NCBI GenBank assembly: GCA_036630325.1
Contig: CP142728.1
Span: 744,001-808,000, forward strand
DNA from: Vairimorpha necatrix
Taxonomy: Eukaryota
Length of the DNA stretch: 64,000 nucleotides
Reading direction: 5' to 3'
Part shown: piece after piece, positions 13,242 through 27,440 of the stretch
How positions within the stretch are numbered: the first letter of the stretch is position 1
Layout of the letters: each line of letters opens with the position of its first letter
Program-made: the position numbers and the translations under genes
Notes under the pieces: model-generated
Databases searched by the model: none
What the model was told of the DNA's origin: nothing
What the model saw: the letters and a program-made list of their open reading frames with translations, nothing else

Positions 13242-14499
13242 TGCGTGATACTTTATAGAATAAAATGTAAAAAATCGCAAATTGCAACGTTATAGCATAA
13301 TATAACATCTCAATTTATTATAGTATACAAATTATTAAATCATAATTGTAATCTTAGATTTTTATAAGACTCCTACATAAACCGAAAGAAAAATTCGTGA
13401 ACTTTAAGTATTCGATTTCTTCTCCAAAACTTTGCATATGAGCACCACATCTTATTTTCATCTTTTAATTCTTTGATTCATTTAGCAAGATAGCCTATTC
13501 GATTATAAATCCCTTTAGTTTAGAATAAATTAAAATTAGTTCATATAAAAATCCTATTTAATTGTTTTTCTTAGTTTATCAAGCATTTATATGAAGTTTA
13601 AGTGTAATCATAAAAATCGCCGAGGCTCATCTAGAACAATTAAACGAGGAATCAAGCAAAAATTAAAACATCATAAACAGCGGATTTGTCATACCTATAA
13701 ATCTAAGGAGGAAATTTTTGATATAAATACATATAAATGTATAGGTTATAAAAATGTTAGCTGTAGAACTTCGTTTTAATCTTAATGGGATTTTTTTAAC
13801 GCACAAAAGCATGATCTAATTAACACTATTATGAATTGAAAAAAACTAATTTTATGTTTTATATCCTCCTATTGTAAGTTGGTGTCATGTAAGTAATACT
13901 TAAAATAAAATCTATAGTTTAGGACCTAAATTCTAGTTTCTTTTAAAAACTATGAAAAATGTAAGAAAGAACACACTATATGCTCATGTATGATGCTTTA
14001 CGATGGTTTGATTGCGCGCCCAGCGCGCTGCAATAATTTTAGAAAATTTTATAAAAACTGTACCGATATTTGTAATTTTTTTAACTGTTGCAAAAAAAAT
14101 TGTTAATTTGTGTGTAGAAAGCCAAGAAAAGACATTTAACGGGCTCAAAGAATTGCTAGAGTTACAACTATGTATGCACCAAACATATTTACAATCTAAA
14201 TGTGGTTTAACGACTAATGCGTCAAACACTAAACTAAGTGCAATCCTTAGCTAATTCTGTGATGTAATATAACGACCGATAGCTTTTCATCAAGGTAACT
14301 ATCAAGAGCAGAAATAAATTATACTATCACAAAGAAGGAATTTCTGGCTTAATTATGTGCCAAGAACACCTAGATTCGTATTCGGTAGAAAATTTACTAT
14401 TTTTAAAGATAATGGAACGCTAGAAACCATCAACCTAAAGGAGAAATTACATCATCGCGAGTTATAAGTTGGGTATAGAGAATCCAGATGTATAGCTTC

Positions 14500-16030
14500 A
14501 TAAATAAATACAAGAAACATACTGAATTGGCCCAATTTGATGCTTACACACGCAAACATAAAGTAATAAACAAATTTAATAGAACTAACAAGAAAGAGAT
14601 AATACTGAAAGCTCATGAAAAGCTGGTTATAGAGAAGCCAAAGCTCTTTTTGAAATTATGTGATAATTAGACAGCAAAAAAATTTTATTTACAGGAACAA
14701 AAAAAAGTTTAAAGTGTAAAGAATGTACCCTTGTAATAATAACAGAATATAGACACATTAAAGCTTTTGAACCTGGCATAGGGGGCTTCTGGCGTTATAG
14801 GCCCAATAGAAAACTTAATATATATATATTTATATCTACAGCAATATATCTCATTGAGGTCCGCTATAACAAATGATGCATGACCGTTTGGAACCCGCAT
14901 TATAAAAATTAAGGAGTGGAAAAATAAAAAAAAATTTAAGAAAGGGGCTTTCGGATTTTTTAAAATAATAAAAGAAGATAATTTTCGGCATTGGTTAAGC
15001 TCAAAGTAACTGATGAAGGTTCTTATGGTGTTTGTCCTGGTTTATTACATGCCTAAATCGAATATCTCTTTTGTAAGGAGCTTAAATCCCTCGATTTGCT
15101 GGGTATGTGCTCAGGATCGTTAAAGTTTACAGAATCGATATAGTGATTACGTCATTTGCACCATCCTTAGGATTTGTCATAATATTGCGTCGTATGCGCT
15201 CCATCGATCAGTGACTACAAAAGAACTAGGTAATACATTATCTTGTATGACCTCAAGAAGAATAGCAATATTTCCACTAGCACACAAGATGAGCAATGCG
15301 CACGCCGATTCAGCTTTTTTAAACGTTTTTATACGAAAATAAAAGTTTATTTTTATACTCAAAAAAATTTATCGGTTTAAATAAATTTTGACATTTTTTA
15401 TATGGTCCTTTCAAATTTTTATGCGGGTTCCAAAAGGCCATATGCCTAATAAAGGTATTGGAAAATAAACAAGTAAGAATATATTGATGTTCTTATAAAT
15501 GGTACAAAGAAGTTTATTGTAAAGACATTTGTTGGGAAGCATCAAAAGAAAGTAGACATAACCATATTGTTTTTGTATGATGGAAAGCATTTGTGATCAA
15601 TACGTAACTTCTCCATATCAGCATGTTCAAACGGCAGAATAAACGTTTTAATAAAACGATTTTGGAGGCAATAATAAAAATAGACAACAATTAGATTAAA
15701 AAAAAATAGTTGATAATGTACTAAATAGTTCTAATAATATTCAACATTCAGTAAAGAAGTTGATACCAAGAGAAGCGTTGAATCACAAAACTTATTATCA
15801 AAGAATAGGCATTTACAAATAATATCGAGAAGTACAAGAAGATTTTAAAAAACGCCCTATCTATAATTAGAATTACGCGATTATACCTTGAAAGAAGATC
15901 ATATGCATTAATATAAAGAACAGCCAAAAATTTAAGCTATGGACGAAGTCGTAGTCATACTATCTAACGATACATTTTTTATTAATGTAAAAGGAGTAGT
16001 TAATAAAAGGACATTTCACTTAATTAAATA
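14500..16030 (+). pseudogene. Eroded gypsy integrase region, interrupted by a Merlin derivative
   Basis: ILKAHEKL..R and SPY....NGR..RFNKT relics, similar to the 6-9 kb element. Boundaries approximate. Confidence 0.55.
14875..15446 (-). mobile_element. Non-autonomous Merlin (ISXO2/IS1016-like) element
   Basis: Imperfect TIRs (..CATGACCGTTTGGAACCCGCAT..); residual transposase motif IQDNVLPSSFVVTDRWSAY; degenerate 8-bp TSD (taacaaat / taataaag). Confidence 0.8.
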
Positions 16031-17564
16031 AAATAAAAAAGATGATGTTATATTTGGGAGAGAGAGAAAAAACAACTACCTTTCGCTGTGATGTTGTAGA
16101 TTAATATTCAAAGATATATTTAAAAAACAAAAACCCCTAACTTGGATATATCTAAAAGTACTTAAAGCAGTTGATATTAATGTATTTATTGGTGGCTTAT
16201 TTATTCTCTAATATTTCCGGTTCTTTAAAGACTGTCCTGTATAGACGGATCTTGCGATATTTATAATAGCTTTCTAAAATATTGTATAATTCAATATTTT
16301 TATTAATGGTATTCTTGTTATTCTGATGTTCCATACCCTTCAAGACAAACTTCTTTTTATATTTTATTTTTAATGTAATAATTGTTTAGCAATTTTACTA
16401 AAGGTTAATGCTTTTGCATAATACACCTATTGCTAAAGAATCCTGTGCTTGTTTGTTGGCGGTTGAAACATCATTGATGAATGTGACAGATGACACTGTT
16501 AAAATCTGCGCTTGTGATGTAGTCATATACATCACAAATACATACTTTCTTTTTATGTTATTTTTTTCATACAGGATTTGTTCAGCAATTTTAATAATGT
16601 TAATTTTCGTGGCTTTTGACCCCTTGCTGAAATTTAATTTGTTTATTTATTACCGTGTTTTGACGTCAGAGGAATAATTAACAGATGTTATATATGACAA
16701 CCGGATTGTGACGTTTCCACGAACATCATGTTTTCTTCTAATTATTTTTAACATTTTCGCTTAGATAGTTTTGTTTACCATAGTATAGTCTGTTACTTAA
16801 GTTTTCTCTTTATACATCTACTGGTATTTTAGTTACATTATTTTATTCATATTTCATTTTATTTTCGTCACTGTTACAAATACAAAGATACCTTAAAATT
16901 TTAATTTTTTGCCCCTTTTGTGTTTTTATTAACACTGCATACAACTTTGGCTATATTATCAATGCCGCCACATTTAACAACGCTAAACTTCTTTTTTATA
17001 AATTAATTATTTCTTTCTGGGGTCGATACCCTTAATCAATGTTCATTATTCACTTTTTTAAAGTTTCTCTTCTACTTCCACCTTCTTTCATGACACTTTA
17101 TTCCTTATTTTGCCTTAATTTTTTTCTATTCGTCTTCAAAAACTTATTTATATGTAGAAAAAAATTTACCTAATTTTTTAGTTTATCTATTGTTTTTTCA
17201 ATAATCAGATCTGCAATTCAATGCTCGAATTTTTTAATACCTGCTTTGATAATATCTCTTTCTTTATCTCTTGTAATGTTTTTATTGCTTCTTCTCTTAT
17301 AGATTCTTTATAAAATTTTTTGGTCTCCTGACCACTGATTCTATCTGCCCCTCAATTTTCTCTGTGTCACCGTTTATATATTTTTTATAGTAAGTTTAAC
17401 ACTTACATTCAGTATTTTTTATACTTATAAACCAATCTTATCAAATTAAAAAAGTGAACAGTACTAGAATATCTGATCAGTGTAACAAATAATAAATTTA
17501 GTATAGCGTTGACTTGAATTATTGACATTTGAGGCATAATAAAAGTAAGAATCATAAGAAAATA

Positions 17565-18220
17565 GGCTCTACTTCATTTCCTTGCCTCACCTAAAAAACA
17601 TCAAGAAAAAGGTACAAAATCTTGTTATTTTTCAAATCTAAACATTTTTTTTTGTGAGGAGGGGGGGGGTGCAAGAAAATGGAGTTAAGGTATTTTTTGT
17701 CGATTTGAGAATTTTAATTGCTTCCTCCAGATTTACGAAAAGGGGGGGGGAAAATTTTATTTTATAATCCGTCAATCTTGAATCTGAAGGAAGCAATTCT
17801 GGAGATGAATATTTGTGAAGGTATGTACTTTAGAAACAATGAAGCAGCATTTGAAGATTTTTAAGATGCAAAGGAAATCGCGCTCTACAATAATTACTGA
17901 TGTTTTTATCTTATCCTTCGGCCACTAGAAACTTTGTAAGCAAACACTAGATTGAAAAATACTCGCTTGTTAATATAAACACTGATAGAGGTAACACAAA
18001 GCATATAGAAAATCTTTGGTCCCATTTGAAGAACGAATATAGATTGAGAAGTGGGTTAATTAGGCTTAGCATTGATTTATTTCTAAAAGAAATTCACATG
18101 ATAAAAAGAAATATCAAATTTTCAAAAATTATAATAAAAACTCTCTTTATTAAAATTTTCGAACTTGTACATTAGATTGATAATAAATTTTTTAGGGGGG
18201 GGCAAGAATGAAGTAGCGCC
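17565..18220 (+). mobile_element. Internally deleted Merlin element, same family as 37718-38937
   Basis: TIR GGC(G/T)CTACTTCATT..CTTGCC; TSD agaaaata / agaaaaca (7 of 8); retains IENLWSHLKNEYR. Confidence 0.88.
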
Positions 18221-18559
18221 AGAAAACATATTTAAACCAAATTACAGGGAACCTTCCAAAATAGTATTGACCTGTTGATATTTTCTCCAATTAATGGATC
18301 TGGTACGAAATTACTCAATAGTATTATGTTTACTGATAAATTACATTAGAAACAAAAAAACTTGTTAAATGTATGTTCATGGATTATTTATATACATTCA
18401 AATATTGAATTCTCAAAAATATATCCACAAAGTTATCTGTTTTGCCGAATGTCCATTTCTTTTCCAAATCTAAAACACTTCGAATAGTATTAGCCATACG
18501 TAAAACAAGGCTCAGGTTATTGTTTCCAAATTTCGACAATTTACTTATGTTTAATAGAG

Positions 18560-20640
18560 GACTTTCCTATGAAGGCAGCATATTTAGATCAATAACGTGC
18601 ATGTCAAACCTTTACAAGCTCCCCACGAAATATTTAACATATGTAATGCAAATAGAGGTAGAATCAAGAGTTTACTTGCAGAAAAAAATCGGAACTGTGA
18701 GAGGAGCCCAAGGTGCTATAGAACAAGTTATGCTTAACCTCTGCATCAATAAAGAAAACAGTAATACATTTAGGACTAAATGGATCAGTGTAAAAAGCTT
18801 TTAACTCTATCGACCACAAATATCTTATGAAGTGTTCAAAATGTCTCAACTTTACTGAGTGGATTTTTAAGACATCGAAAAACGTAACATCGAAATGGCC
18901 TCTGTCAATATGAATAAAGGGAAAAGGATCCTAGACAAAAAATATCCAGGGGGATTTTGTAAGGAGATAGCCTTTCTCCTCCTACTCTTCGTATTGTGCC
19001 CAATCCGCTCAGCAGATACCTAAATATGAGAGATCCAAAAGTCGACGTGTCTCTGGAAGGCGAAGACTATCAAACTAATCACGACTGTTTATTGATAAAG
19101 TTAAAATTATTACAAAAGAAGATGAAACCGCATAGAACATAACACTAGACGTTGATGAGTTCTTTTGTACAGTATGTCTGGAAATAAATTAGACTAAGTC
19201 GGCTGCTAACAGTAAATCATGTGAAAATTTTGGCCGATGCAATTGATAGTGCAAAGGAATGTAAGTATCTGGGAATAACTCAGACCGATCAAAGTAGAAT
19301 AAGCCCCGAGGAATTTAGAAAACTTAAAGAAAAAATTTTAAAAAGAGTAAGGACATTAGCACAGATTGCGATGAGCGGAAAGAATATGTATAAAGCGATT
19401 AATGAATTTGCCATAAGTAAGCTAAATTATTACATTGGGGCAATTAATCTTAAACCAGAGGATTTTATGAAACTAGAGACAGAAATTAGGGGACTCCTAA
19501 CAATCTTTAATGTAAAAACAACCTGCTTGTTAGGAAAGGCTCTTCTTGGCAGAATAGATTTAGTCAGGGGCTTTGAATGCAGCGAATTTAAAAGCATTAG
19601 TAATGCCGAATCTCTATGAAACTCTTATCAGAACAGAAAAGAATAGCAAAAGAAGAGCTGCAACATTAAAGGAAGAAACAGAAAACAAGTCACATTTGGC
19701 GCTCATTATACCATATCTCAAAGAAAAGTACGAATTTAAAGACCAAGTAATCGATGCGAAAATGTTAGACGACAAGCAAAAAAACAGACTGAATAACGAT
19801 TTTAAAAACAAAATATACCATAAAAAGTTTTATGAACAGTCTATAAATCCTAATGTGTCTATAAGGGAAAGTTCTTTGTGGCTAAGAAGAGGAAATACTA
19901 GAGCAACAGAAGAGGGGGCTTTATGCGTTGTGCAAGATGGAAATATTTTTTTTGGAGAATCAGTGAATTTGAAAACTGAAAGAAAAAGGAAAGACAGTAG
20001 ACCACCTAGCAACAAGGTGCGATCGTATGCTATCATTTAATTATACTAGAAGGCATAATGAAGTAGTTAATGCATCCTCCTCCACTTTGCCTAAAGTATG
20101 GACTAAAATCATCTAAGAAAATACGAAACAACAGCGTGCAGAAATTATAGCTAATGATAACGCAGAAATTCTGGCAGGCACAGGATCAACGTCGATGTAA
20201 AGGTACAATTTAATAAGTCCGATATATTTGTACTGGACAAAAAAAAAATAAAAAATAACGCTAATCGAAAAAGGAATAATATCCCAAGATAATTTACAGA
20301 AAGTTCGATATCTTAGCAAATAAATTGGGCCCAATTGACAAGGGCAAAGTTCAAATAATACCATGCGTCATGGCATGGGATGGGATAAAATTGTGACAAA
20401 ATACCACAGCAATTGTGTTAATGCCATCGGCCTATCGACTAGTACCGAAGCTTACATCCAAATGAGAATTCTAAAGAAGACACTAGAAAGCATCTCCTTT
20501 GAACACCGGCAGGGGCTCGCTGGGGGAGGAGCTGGAATAAAGAACATAGTAGAGGTGGCTAGAAGGTGGTGTGGCCAGATAGAGTCCGCGGCAGTGGAGG
20601 TTAATTGAAGATTAAAACAAGCACATTAATAGCTTCAATA
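18560..20640 (+). mobile_element. Degenerate non-LTR retrotransposon with restriction-like endonuclease (R4/Dong-like)
   Basis: RT relics (RGAQGAIEQ, GDSLSPLLFVLC, KYLG), SGKNMYKAINEFAISKLNY, Y.RRHNEVV and a PDIFVLD endonuclease motif. Many frameshifts. Confidence 0.85.
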
Positions 20641-20646
20641 ATTAAA

Positions 20647-21260
20647 GGTACATGACCGTTTGAACCCCGCTTTGAAATTTTAAAGGACCCCTTTTAAAAA
20701 TGGCCAAATTGGCAAAAACAATGTTTGTTGAGCCAGAGGAGCTATATAGTGATGAAATGTATTTATACATGGAATACAAAGAAAAGTTTTTTTTGGAAAC
20801 ATTCGATGCTGAACAGGCGTGCGCCTTGCTCGTTTCTGTTACTAGTAGAAATCCTGCTTTTTCCTTGAGATAATACAAGATAATGTATAACCTGATTCTA
20901 TTATGATCTCTAATCAATGGGTAGCATATGAGGCCACATTAGACAAGCAAAGGAATAGAGCACAGTACTATGAATCACTCCATCAATGCTGTAACCCCTT
21001 GCGATTCTGAGTCACAATACCAAATAATTTAGTTGGTTTTGGCTCCTTTCTATATGAGATATTCGATCTAGACATAAACAAAGACGTTTACTATGAATAC
21101 CTTTTACAGTTCCTCTAAGCCTTTCCAAATTCCCAAAAATCCCCGGGAAATTTGTCTTCTTTCATTATTTAAAATAAATTGTTGAGTCCCCTTTTTATAA
21201 TTTTTTTTATTTTTCCCTTTTTTTGAATTTTCCAAAGCGGGTTCCAAACGGTCATGTACC
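20647..21260 (+). mobile_element. Non-autonomous Merlin element, same family as 14875-15446
   Basis: TIR GGTACATGACCGTTTG(G/A)ACCC(C)GCTTTG; residual IQDNV.PDSIMISNQWVAY and NHS motifs. Confidence 0.88.
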
Positions 21261-21949
21261 TAATAAATTATATTTTAGAGGGTTCATTTCATATAAGAGT
21301 GGGTAAAGAAAATACTTATAACTCCTAATGATGTAAAAGAAATACTTAAATCAAAACGAACTATTTTCCATAATATATAATTTCCTACAAAAATCAACCC
21401 AAAATTGTTTTTTGCGGTAAAAGCTCAATTTAAAAAATTTTGTAATTAAATATAAGGTATTTGGTTTTTTTGTTGTTTTCTCTTCTAATAAAAATTCTTT
21501 TAATTCATTGGTTCAAATTAAATGTCCTACTTTTTATAAAATCTTGTTTATATATTTGCCATTTAACTACTCTACAAGCAAAATTTAAAATGTTAGTATA
21601 TTTACACTTTTAAAAATATTTCTATAATCTTCTTTTGTTTGTTTACTGCCAATTTTCCGCAATAAATTTTATGATGACGGGGTTTTTTGTGGCTCTTGTC
21701 ACTTGATGTTGGTAATAAGAATACAAAATACATCAAATATATGTTTTTGTTTTACTTTTGCAACAGTAAAATAATGCATTAGACATAGTATTTTTTTGTC
21801 AAATGATTAATATAAAAAAACTAATACAAATATGTTTCTGAAAAGTAATAAAATATAAATTTTTATTTTTGCAATATTAAGTTTTTAGATTTTTGCATTT
21901 ATAAGTTAGCCTAAAAAACCATTTTTATATTTTACTAACAAAACAACCC

Positions 21950-22858
21950 ATGCCCAATAAAACACCACTACATGCGTTACTTAAAAAAGAATTAATAGAT
22001 TATTTTCAAAGTGATGAGAGGAATGTAGAAAAGGAATATAATGTTCACTATGATAAAAATGGTTTACATTTCACTACTATTACACAGCAATTCATCAGTA
22101 ATGATGATATAAAGAAAATCTTCAAAAAAAGAAAAAAATGTCGAAAAAGTCAAAACAATAAAAAATTGATGGATTCTGAAAGCTTAGAAAAAATTTCTTC
22201 AGAGAAGAAAAACATACATAAAAAACAAACTGATATTATGATAAATGAGACAAACACAGAAGACATAGAATCTTCTTTGCCTTGCAGTCCAGGGGTTAAC
22301 CCATGTGATTTAATGCTAAATGCTGGAAGCCACGTGATATCTACTAATAGCTCCAAAATAAAATCATCTGAAAAACAAACAGAAACAAATAAAATATTAC
22401 AGTTTTCAATAGAAAATGAAACAAACAATTTTTCTCTAAATGAAATAGATACGTTAGAAAGCTTAGAAGATGTTAAAATTGAAACTGTGCACCTTCAACA
22501 TATAAATATGATAAAACTTAAATACGGAACATTAGCTTTTGAACATGAAGATGAAGAATTTTTCAGGACCATAACTGAAGATACAATTGGATATTTGAAA
22601 AGTGTTTATGAAATTAAATTATTAGAAATTTACAACAAGGTCAATAACAAAAACAAAAAAAAATTAGATTTCACTAAACTTCTAAAAAAAAAATTTGAAA
22701 GTTTTTATTTTTCCACCGTAGGAAGTTCTTACATACTATTTAATAGAATAGATGTGCCATTTATTTCGGCCTGGCACGAATATCTTGAATACTTGACTGA
22801 ATTGAATTTTTTATCTACGAAAAAAAATATTATTGGATTTTTTAAAAATAACGTATGA
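21950..22858 (+). CDS. Hypothetical protein (302 aa), probable host gene
   Basis: Long open frame with CCC immediately before the ATG, a basic KKRKKCRK stretch (possible NLS) and no TE motifs. Confidence 0.8.
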   Translation: MPNKTPLHALLKKELIDYFQSDERNVEKEYNVHYDKNGLHFTTITQQFISNDDIKKIFKKRKKCRKSQNNKKLMDSESLEKISSEKKNIHKKQTDIMINETNTEDIESSLPCSPGVNPCDLMLNAGSHVISTNSSKIKSSEKQTETNKILQFSIENETNNFSLNEIDTLESLEDVKIETVHLQHINMIKLKYGTLAFEHEDEEFFRTITEDTIGYLKSVYEIKLLEIYNKVNNKNKKKLDFTKLLKKKFESFYFSTVGSSYILFNRIDVPFISAWHEYLEYLTELNFLSTKKNIIGFFKNNV

Positions 22859-24193
22859 AAATAAAATTGTTTTAAGATTTTGATATTTAATTTTTGTTGG
22901 ACCTTGTTAAGAGTTCTGAGCATAAAATTATGCTTTAACAAACATTCTATAATTTCTTTTTTATGGTCATAACAAGTTTTTAAAAATGATTTTCCAAATT
23001 ATTTGTATTAATATATGATTTTTAATATATTTTTTGGTCATAAGTCGTGCCGCCCTTTTTTGGTTTCTCATTTATACTTATATTATTCCAAAACATTTTA
23101 CAAGGATTGCTTATTTAACATGTCGATTTTAAAATTTTTAAAACATTCATCAGCATAAAAACGAGCTTATTTACAGTTGATTGGCGTCATGAAGTCTGAA
23201 ATTTGGCGATCAGTACTTCCCTTCGATATGAATTAGCAAATTAAATATCACTTGTACAAAGAGGTTTAAATTTTATTTTTAAAAAGTTAAAAATGAATTA
23301 AAATCAAGATCAAAAACAATTCTTATTGCTTGAATATAGAAATAATCCACAAGAATATCATTATTATCTCTTTTGCCTGTATTATGTATGAACTGTTGAG
23401 TAAGAAACATAATTCGATCTAGCTGAAGTAGGTATACAAGATACATGAAAATATATATGTAAAAACAGCTCTTTTATTGATATATGTCATGTGCCCGTGA
23501 GACATGTCAATTTATATAGTAGTTTTCTGAGTGGATAGTTTTGTTAAACCTTTATTAAAGTTAGTTACTAATCTTATATTACATACACTTCAAACACAAA
23601 CTTTCTTTTACATTATATTTTTAATTTATTATTCAGGGTCAATACTATATTACAAACATTGGAAAACTTACGAATAAGGTAAACCAATACAACCTACGTT
23701 TGTTTGATTATATGACCTATCTTGACAGTCTATTTGAGACTCATACCGTGTATTTGGACACATGTGACAGATAATGTTATGAAATCTACCTATGTGATGT
23801 AGTAATGTAGTTTCCATGTAAAAGAAAACTCAGAGCTCGTCGTTGATATGCCTCTGATATATGAGAAAATGAACAAAGATTCTCAGCTTCCAGTCTAGTA
23901 ATAAATAAGAGTGTGTGGACAAATAATCGTATAGACGATGCGGCACTTGAAGGAATTAACGATGCAAAGCACCTAAAATGGTACAATTTTTTCTAGTACT
24001 CTACAATAAGAGATATTTGAAAAGATAAGAACCTAAAACTTCAAACGTTAAAAAGAAGTGAAATATCTACATTAAATTTTATGATATGATGAAGATTAAT
24101 GTGCATGCAATATCAGTGATCAATTATCATTAAATTTCATTCAAAATATTATCGATATATTTCAAAGTCTAGATTTAGATATCGCAAGGTATA

Positions 24194-24446
24194 TGAGGTA
24201 AACACTGGGCATTTTTCCAAGTTTAAAATATGTTTCTAAATAGGTTTTATTATAGGGTTCTTTGGCTATTATTGGCCTTTATTTGTCCAGAAATGTCATA
24301 GCTTTGCTTATGATTTCTTTTCTCGTAGCTCATGTCAAGCTTTTCAAAAATATTTATAAAAAATAAAATTCTGGAAAATCTTTTTTTTTTTCTAGAAAAG
24401 TTTTTATAGGATAAAATGATTTTATTGACATGTGGATAATACCACA
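24194..24446 (-). mobile_element. Solo LTR of the 27639-31754 family
   Basis: Diverged full-length LTR copy starting TGTGGTATTATCCACA on the minus strand; exact 5-bp TSD GTATA. Confidence 0.9.
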
Positions 24447-24728
24447 GTATAGATTAGTCATCGATTTTTCGTAGCTTTCAACAATTAAAACTATTATACC
24501 TTGGTCAGAGTTGAAACTAAGCAACAAAGAATCAAGATTAAGGCATAAACAGCCTTTTTCCATTTATAAATCTACATAAGTTTAGAAATGTCTCTATATT
24601 GTGCATAAATACATAAAGTAAGAGCAGTATCAAAACATTTTTTTTCTATACTTGGGCTTTTAATTAGGTTTGTTGTAAAGGAGTTATAACAACAAAATGC
24701 TAATATTAAGAAAGCCCCCCATTATAAC

Positions 24729-25833
24729 GGTTAAGTTGCGATGTTACCCCCCCCCCCCACCCCTAAAAAAATAAAAAAAAGGGGGGGGGGAAATAAAAAA
24801 GGAATAAAATTATACCCTTAAAATGAATATCAGAAACTTTAGAAAACTAATATATAAAAAAGAGGAATTAATTATATTTCTTCTTGAAAAAATTTTATTA
24901 AGGGTACCGATGCGCAATAAGTGCATAAAACCCATGACCAAAATTAAAAATAATTTGAACAAATATCGTTGTTACTTACGACTAAATGGGAGAAAATGCT
25001 CAAACATAGGTAACATTTACAAACAAAGCATTTTTAAAAGTTCTAGATTAGATATCGAAGATCTTTTAATTTTGCTGTGTGAATGGGTTAAAGATGTAAA
25101 GAAAGTTTCGACTTCTATCGAATTAAATATAGATAGTATTATCGTATCTCGCTGGTTTACGCGGTTTAATAACGCTGTATTCTTATCCTATTTCAACTAC
25201 ATAAAAAACAAAACCATAGGAGGTTTAAATTGCGTAGTTGAAATAGACGAGACATTGCTTGTTAAAAGTAAAAACCATGACGGTATAATCTTTAAATACC
25301 AAGTTTGGGCTGTTGGTGGAGTAGTAAGAGGAGAAAGCAATTCTTTTTTTTTCGAAATTATTGAAAATCGTTCAGTAACTACCCTTGTCAATTAAAAAAA
25401 ACGAAAAATCGCACCCGGATCTACAATTATTACTGACTGTTGGCAGGGTTATGAAGGGTTTTCGGAACTATGTCCGGATTATTACTATTTACATTTAACT
25501 GTAAATCATAGCCAAAATTTTGTAAATGCAACAACAGGCGCCCACACCCAAACAATTGAGGAAATGTGGTTTGTAATTAAAAGGGAATTGCGCAAAAAAG
25601 GAACTTGCCATGGTTCTTTAATGAATCTACTTCGAAAACTTTATATAGCTCGTTTTAAGTATATTCATAGAGAATCACTACTTGAAAAAATGTACAGCTT
25701 TTTTGAAATTGTTAAATATCATTTTTAAACCACGATTTAGCGCCTGAATTTGATTTTGAATTAATTGTTTAAATTTTAGTTTGTCTTTTTTTATTTTTTT
25801 TTTTTGGGGGGGGGGGGTAACATCGCAATTTAA
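24729..25833 (+). mobile_element. Merlin (ISXO2/IS1016-like) transposon with frameshifted transposase (about 24823-25728)
   Basis: TIR GGTTAAGTTGCGATGTTACCCC; motifs VVEIDET, WAVGG, PGSTIITDCWQGY, VNHSQNFV and HTQTIEEMW. Confidence 0.92.
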
Positions 25834-27327
25834 TTATTGTGGCGCGCGAGCGTTGACCCCGTGCAAGCGTTGACCCCCCCCAAAAAAAAAAAATAAGAAA
25901 TAAAAAGAACACAAAAAAATTTTAAAATTGAATTTTAATTAAAGTTTTTAAGCCTCGACATAGGGAAAATTTGAGTTCCTTCTTCAGTTTCACATTTCAC
26001 TCTGTTGTTTGAGAGAATTTCTATAATCTTAACTTCTTTAGAAAAAAATGAAGATAATTTTAGTTTTTTTGTTTTGATATTATTATCAAAGTCTTTAGCT
26101 ACAATGACTTTGTCACCAATTTCAAAAGTATATTTTGAGATATGAACTAATGAATGACGATCCATTCTTGCAAGGTAATTTGGATCAACTGAACCAGTTT
26201 CAGTTTGCTCATTAAAAACACTATTCGACAAATCTCTTTTATTTTTTGTATCGAGTATAATCCAATTTCTTTTAAGCTATCATCTGAAGACTCGTTCTCA
26301 TCTTGCGTATAGACAGAATTGAATCCTGGTATTTTTAAGAATAAATTAAACGGGACCTGCTTTGTCGCACTATGTTTGGCCAAATTGTAGTTGTAAACTA
26401 CTTTATCTAGATGTTTCAGCCATTCCTTTTCTTCTTCAGTTTTAGAATGGTCAACGGCTAACAAACTTTCTTCAAATACATGTTTTTGTATTGTTCGCGT
26501 TAAAGTTTGGTTAAACCTTTCTATTTGCCCGTTTGATTGTGGGTGACGGGGCCTACTATGTTTTTGAACAATAAAAAGGTCGAACAAAGGTTATTTATAT
26601 GGGAATTGCAGAATTCCTTTCCATTATCGCTTTGAAGGATCTTGGGCGGACCAGTCATATTGTAAAATAAAAATTTAAGGTTTTTTGTAACCTCATCACC
26701 TGTTTTACTTTTCAATGGAAAGGCCCAGGCAAACTTAGAATACACATCTATTATTGTTAAAATCCAACAATACCCATCGTTAAACCTTTTATAGCGTGTC
26801 ATATCGATTAAATCGATCATAATTCGTTCCATCGGTTTAGAGGCCGTAATATGTACTTGGCGCTCTTTATTTTTTAACGGTTGTGATTGTCCACATGTGA
26901 TGCATTCGGAAACGATTTTTCTTATAATGTTCCTAGTAATTTTAAAAAAACCTTATTGCATGATGCTTCGAATCGGTTAACGCCCCTGTGATGAAGCTGG
27001 TGGAAAGCTCTACATTCCACTTCCATGGCCTCAAGCTGTTCACTATGAAAAACCTTGAGGTGGTTCCCATTGGCCTCGTCCCTTAAATATAGCGCCCCAT
27101 CTATAAGAAGGTAATTACCAGCTTTTTGTTTCAACCGTTTTTTTTGTTGCTTTTCTAAAACAACTTCATTGTCCCTGCCTAGTAAAACTAATTTTAAATT
27201 ACTGTATTCACTAGCAATTCTGGGAGGAAGAATCATTTTTAAAGGGGATAATAAAAATCTTTTTATTTATCAATTGTTATTATGTAAGTATTTTCTTATT
27301 TTTTATTTCGTTTTATCTAGTATGCCA

Positions 27328-27380
27328 TGGTCGAGTGGTATGCTGTTTGTTTCTTTCACATGGTCCGCGGGTTCAAATCC
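27328..27380 (+). promoter_or_regulatory. tRNA-like Pol III internal promoter (A box and B box)
   Basis: TGGTCGAGTGG (27328-27338) and GGTTCAAATCC (27370-27380) at tRNA-like spacing; no intact cloverleaf. Confidence 0.6.
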
Positions 27381-27440
27381 AAACAAGTGCGTTTATTTAT
27401 TTAAAAAAGATTTAACTTAGACAGGGCTTTCTGAAAGGAG

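Noticed and set aside
16100-17400. Possible eroded gag/protease on the minus strand
   Set aside because: Only a hint of a Cys motif; too decayed to call.
27320-27392. Functional tRNA gene
   Set aside because: Acceptor, anticodon and T stems do not pair properly; kept only as an A/B-box module.
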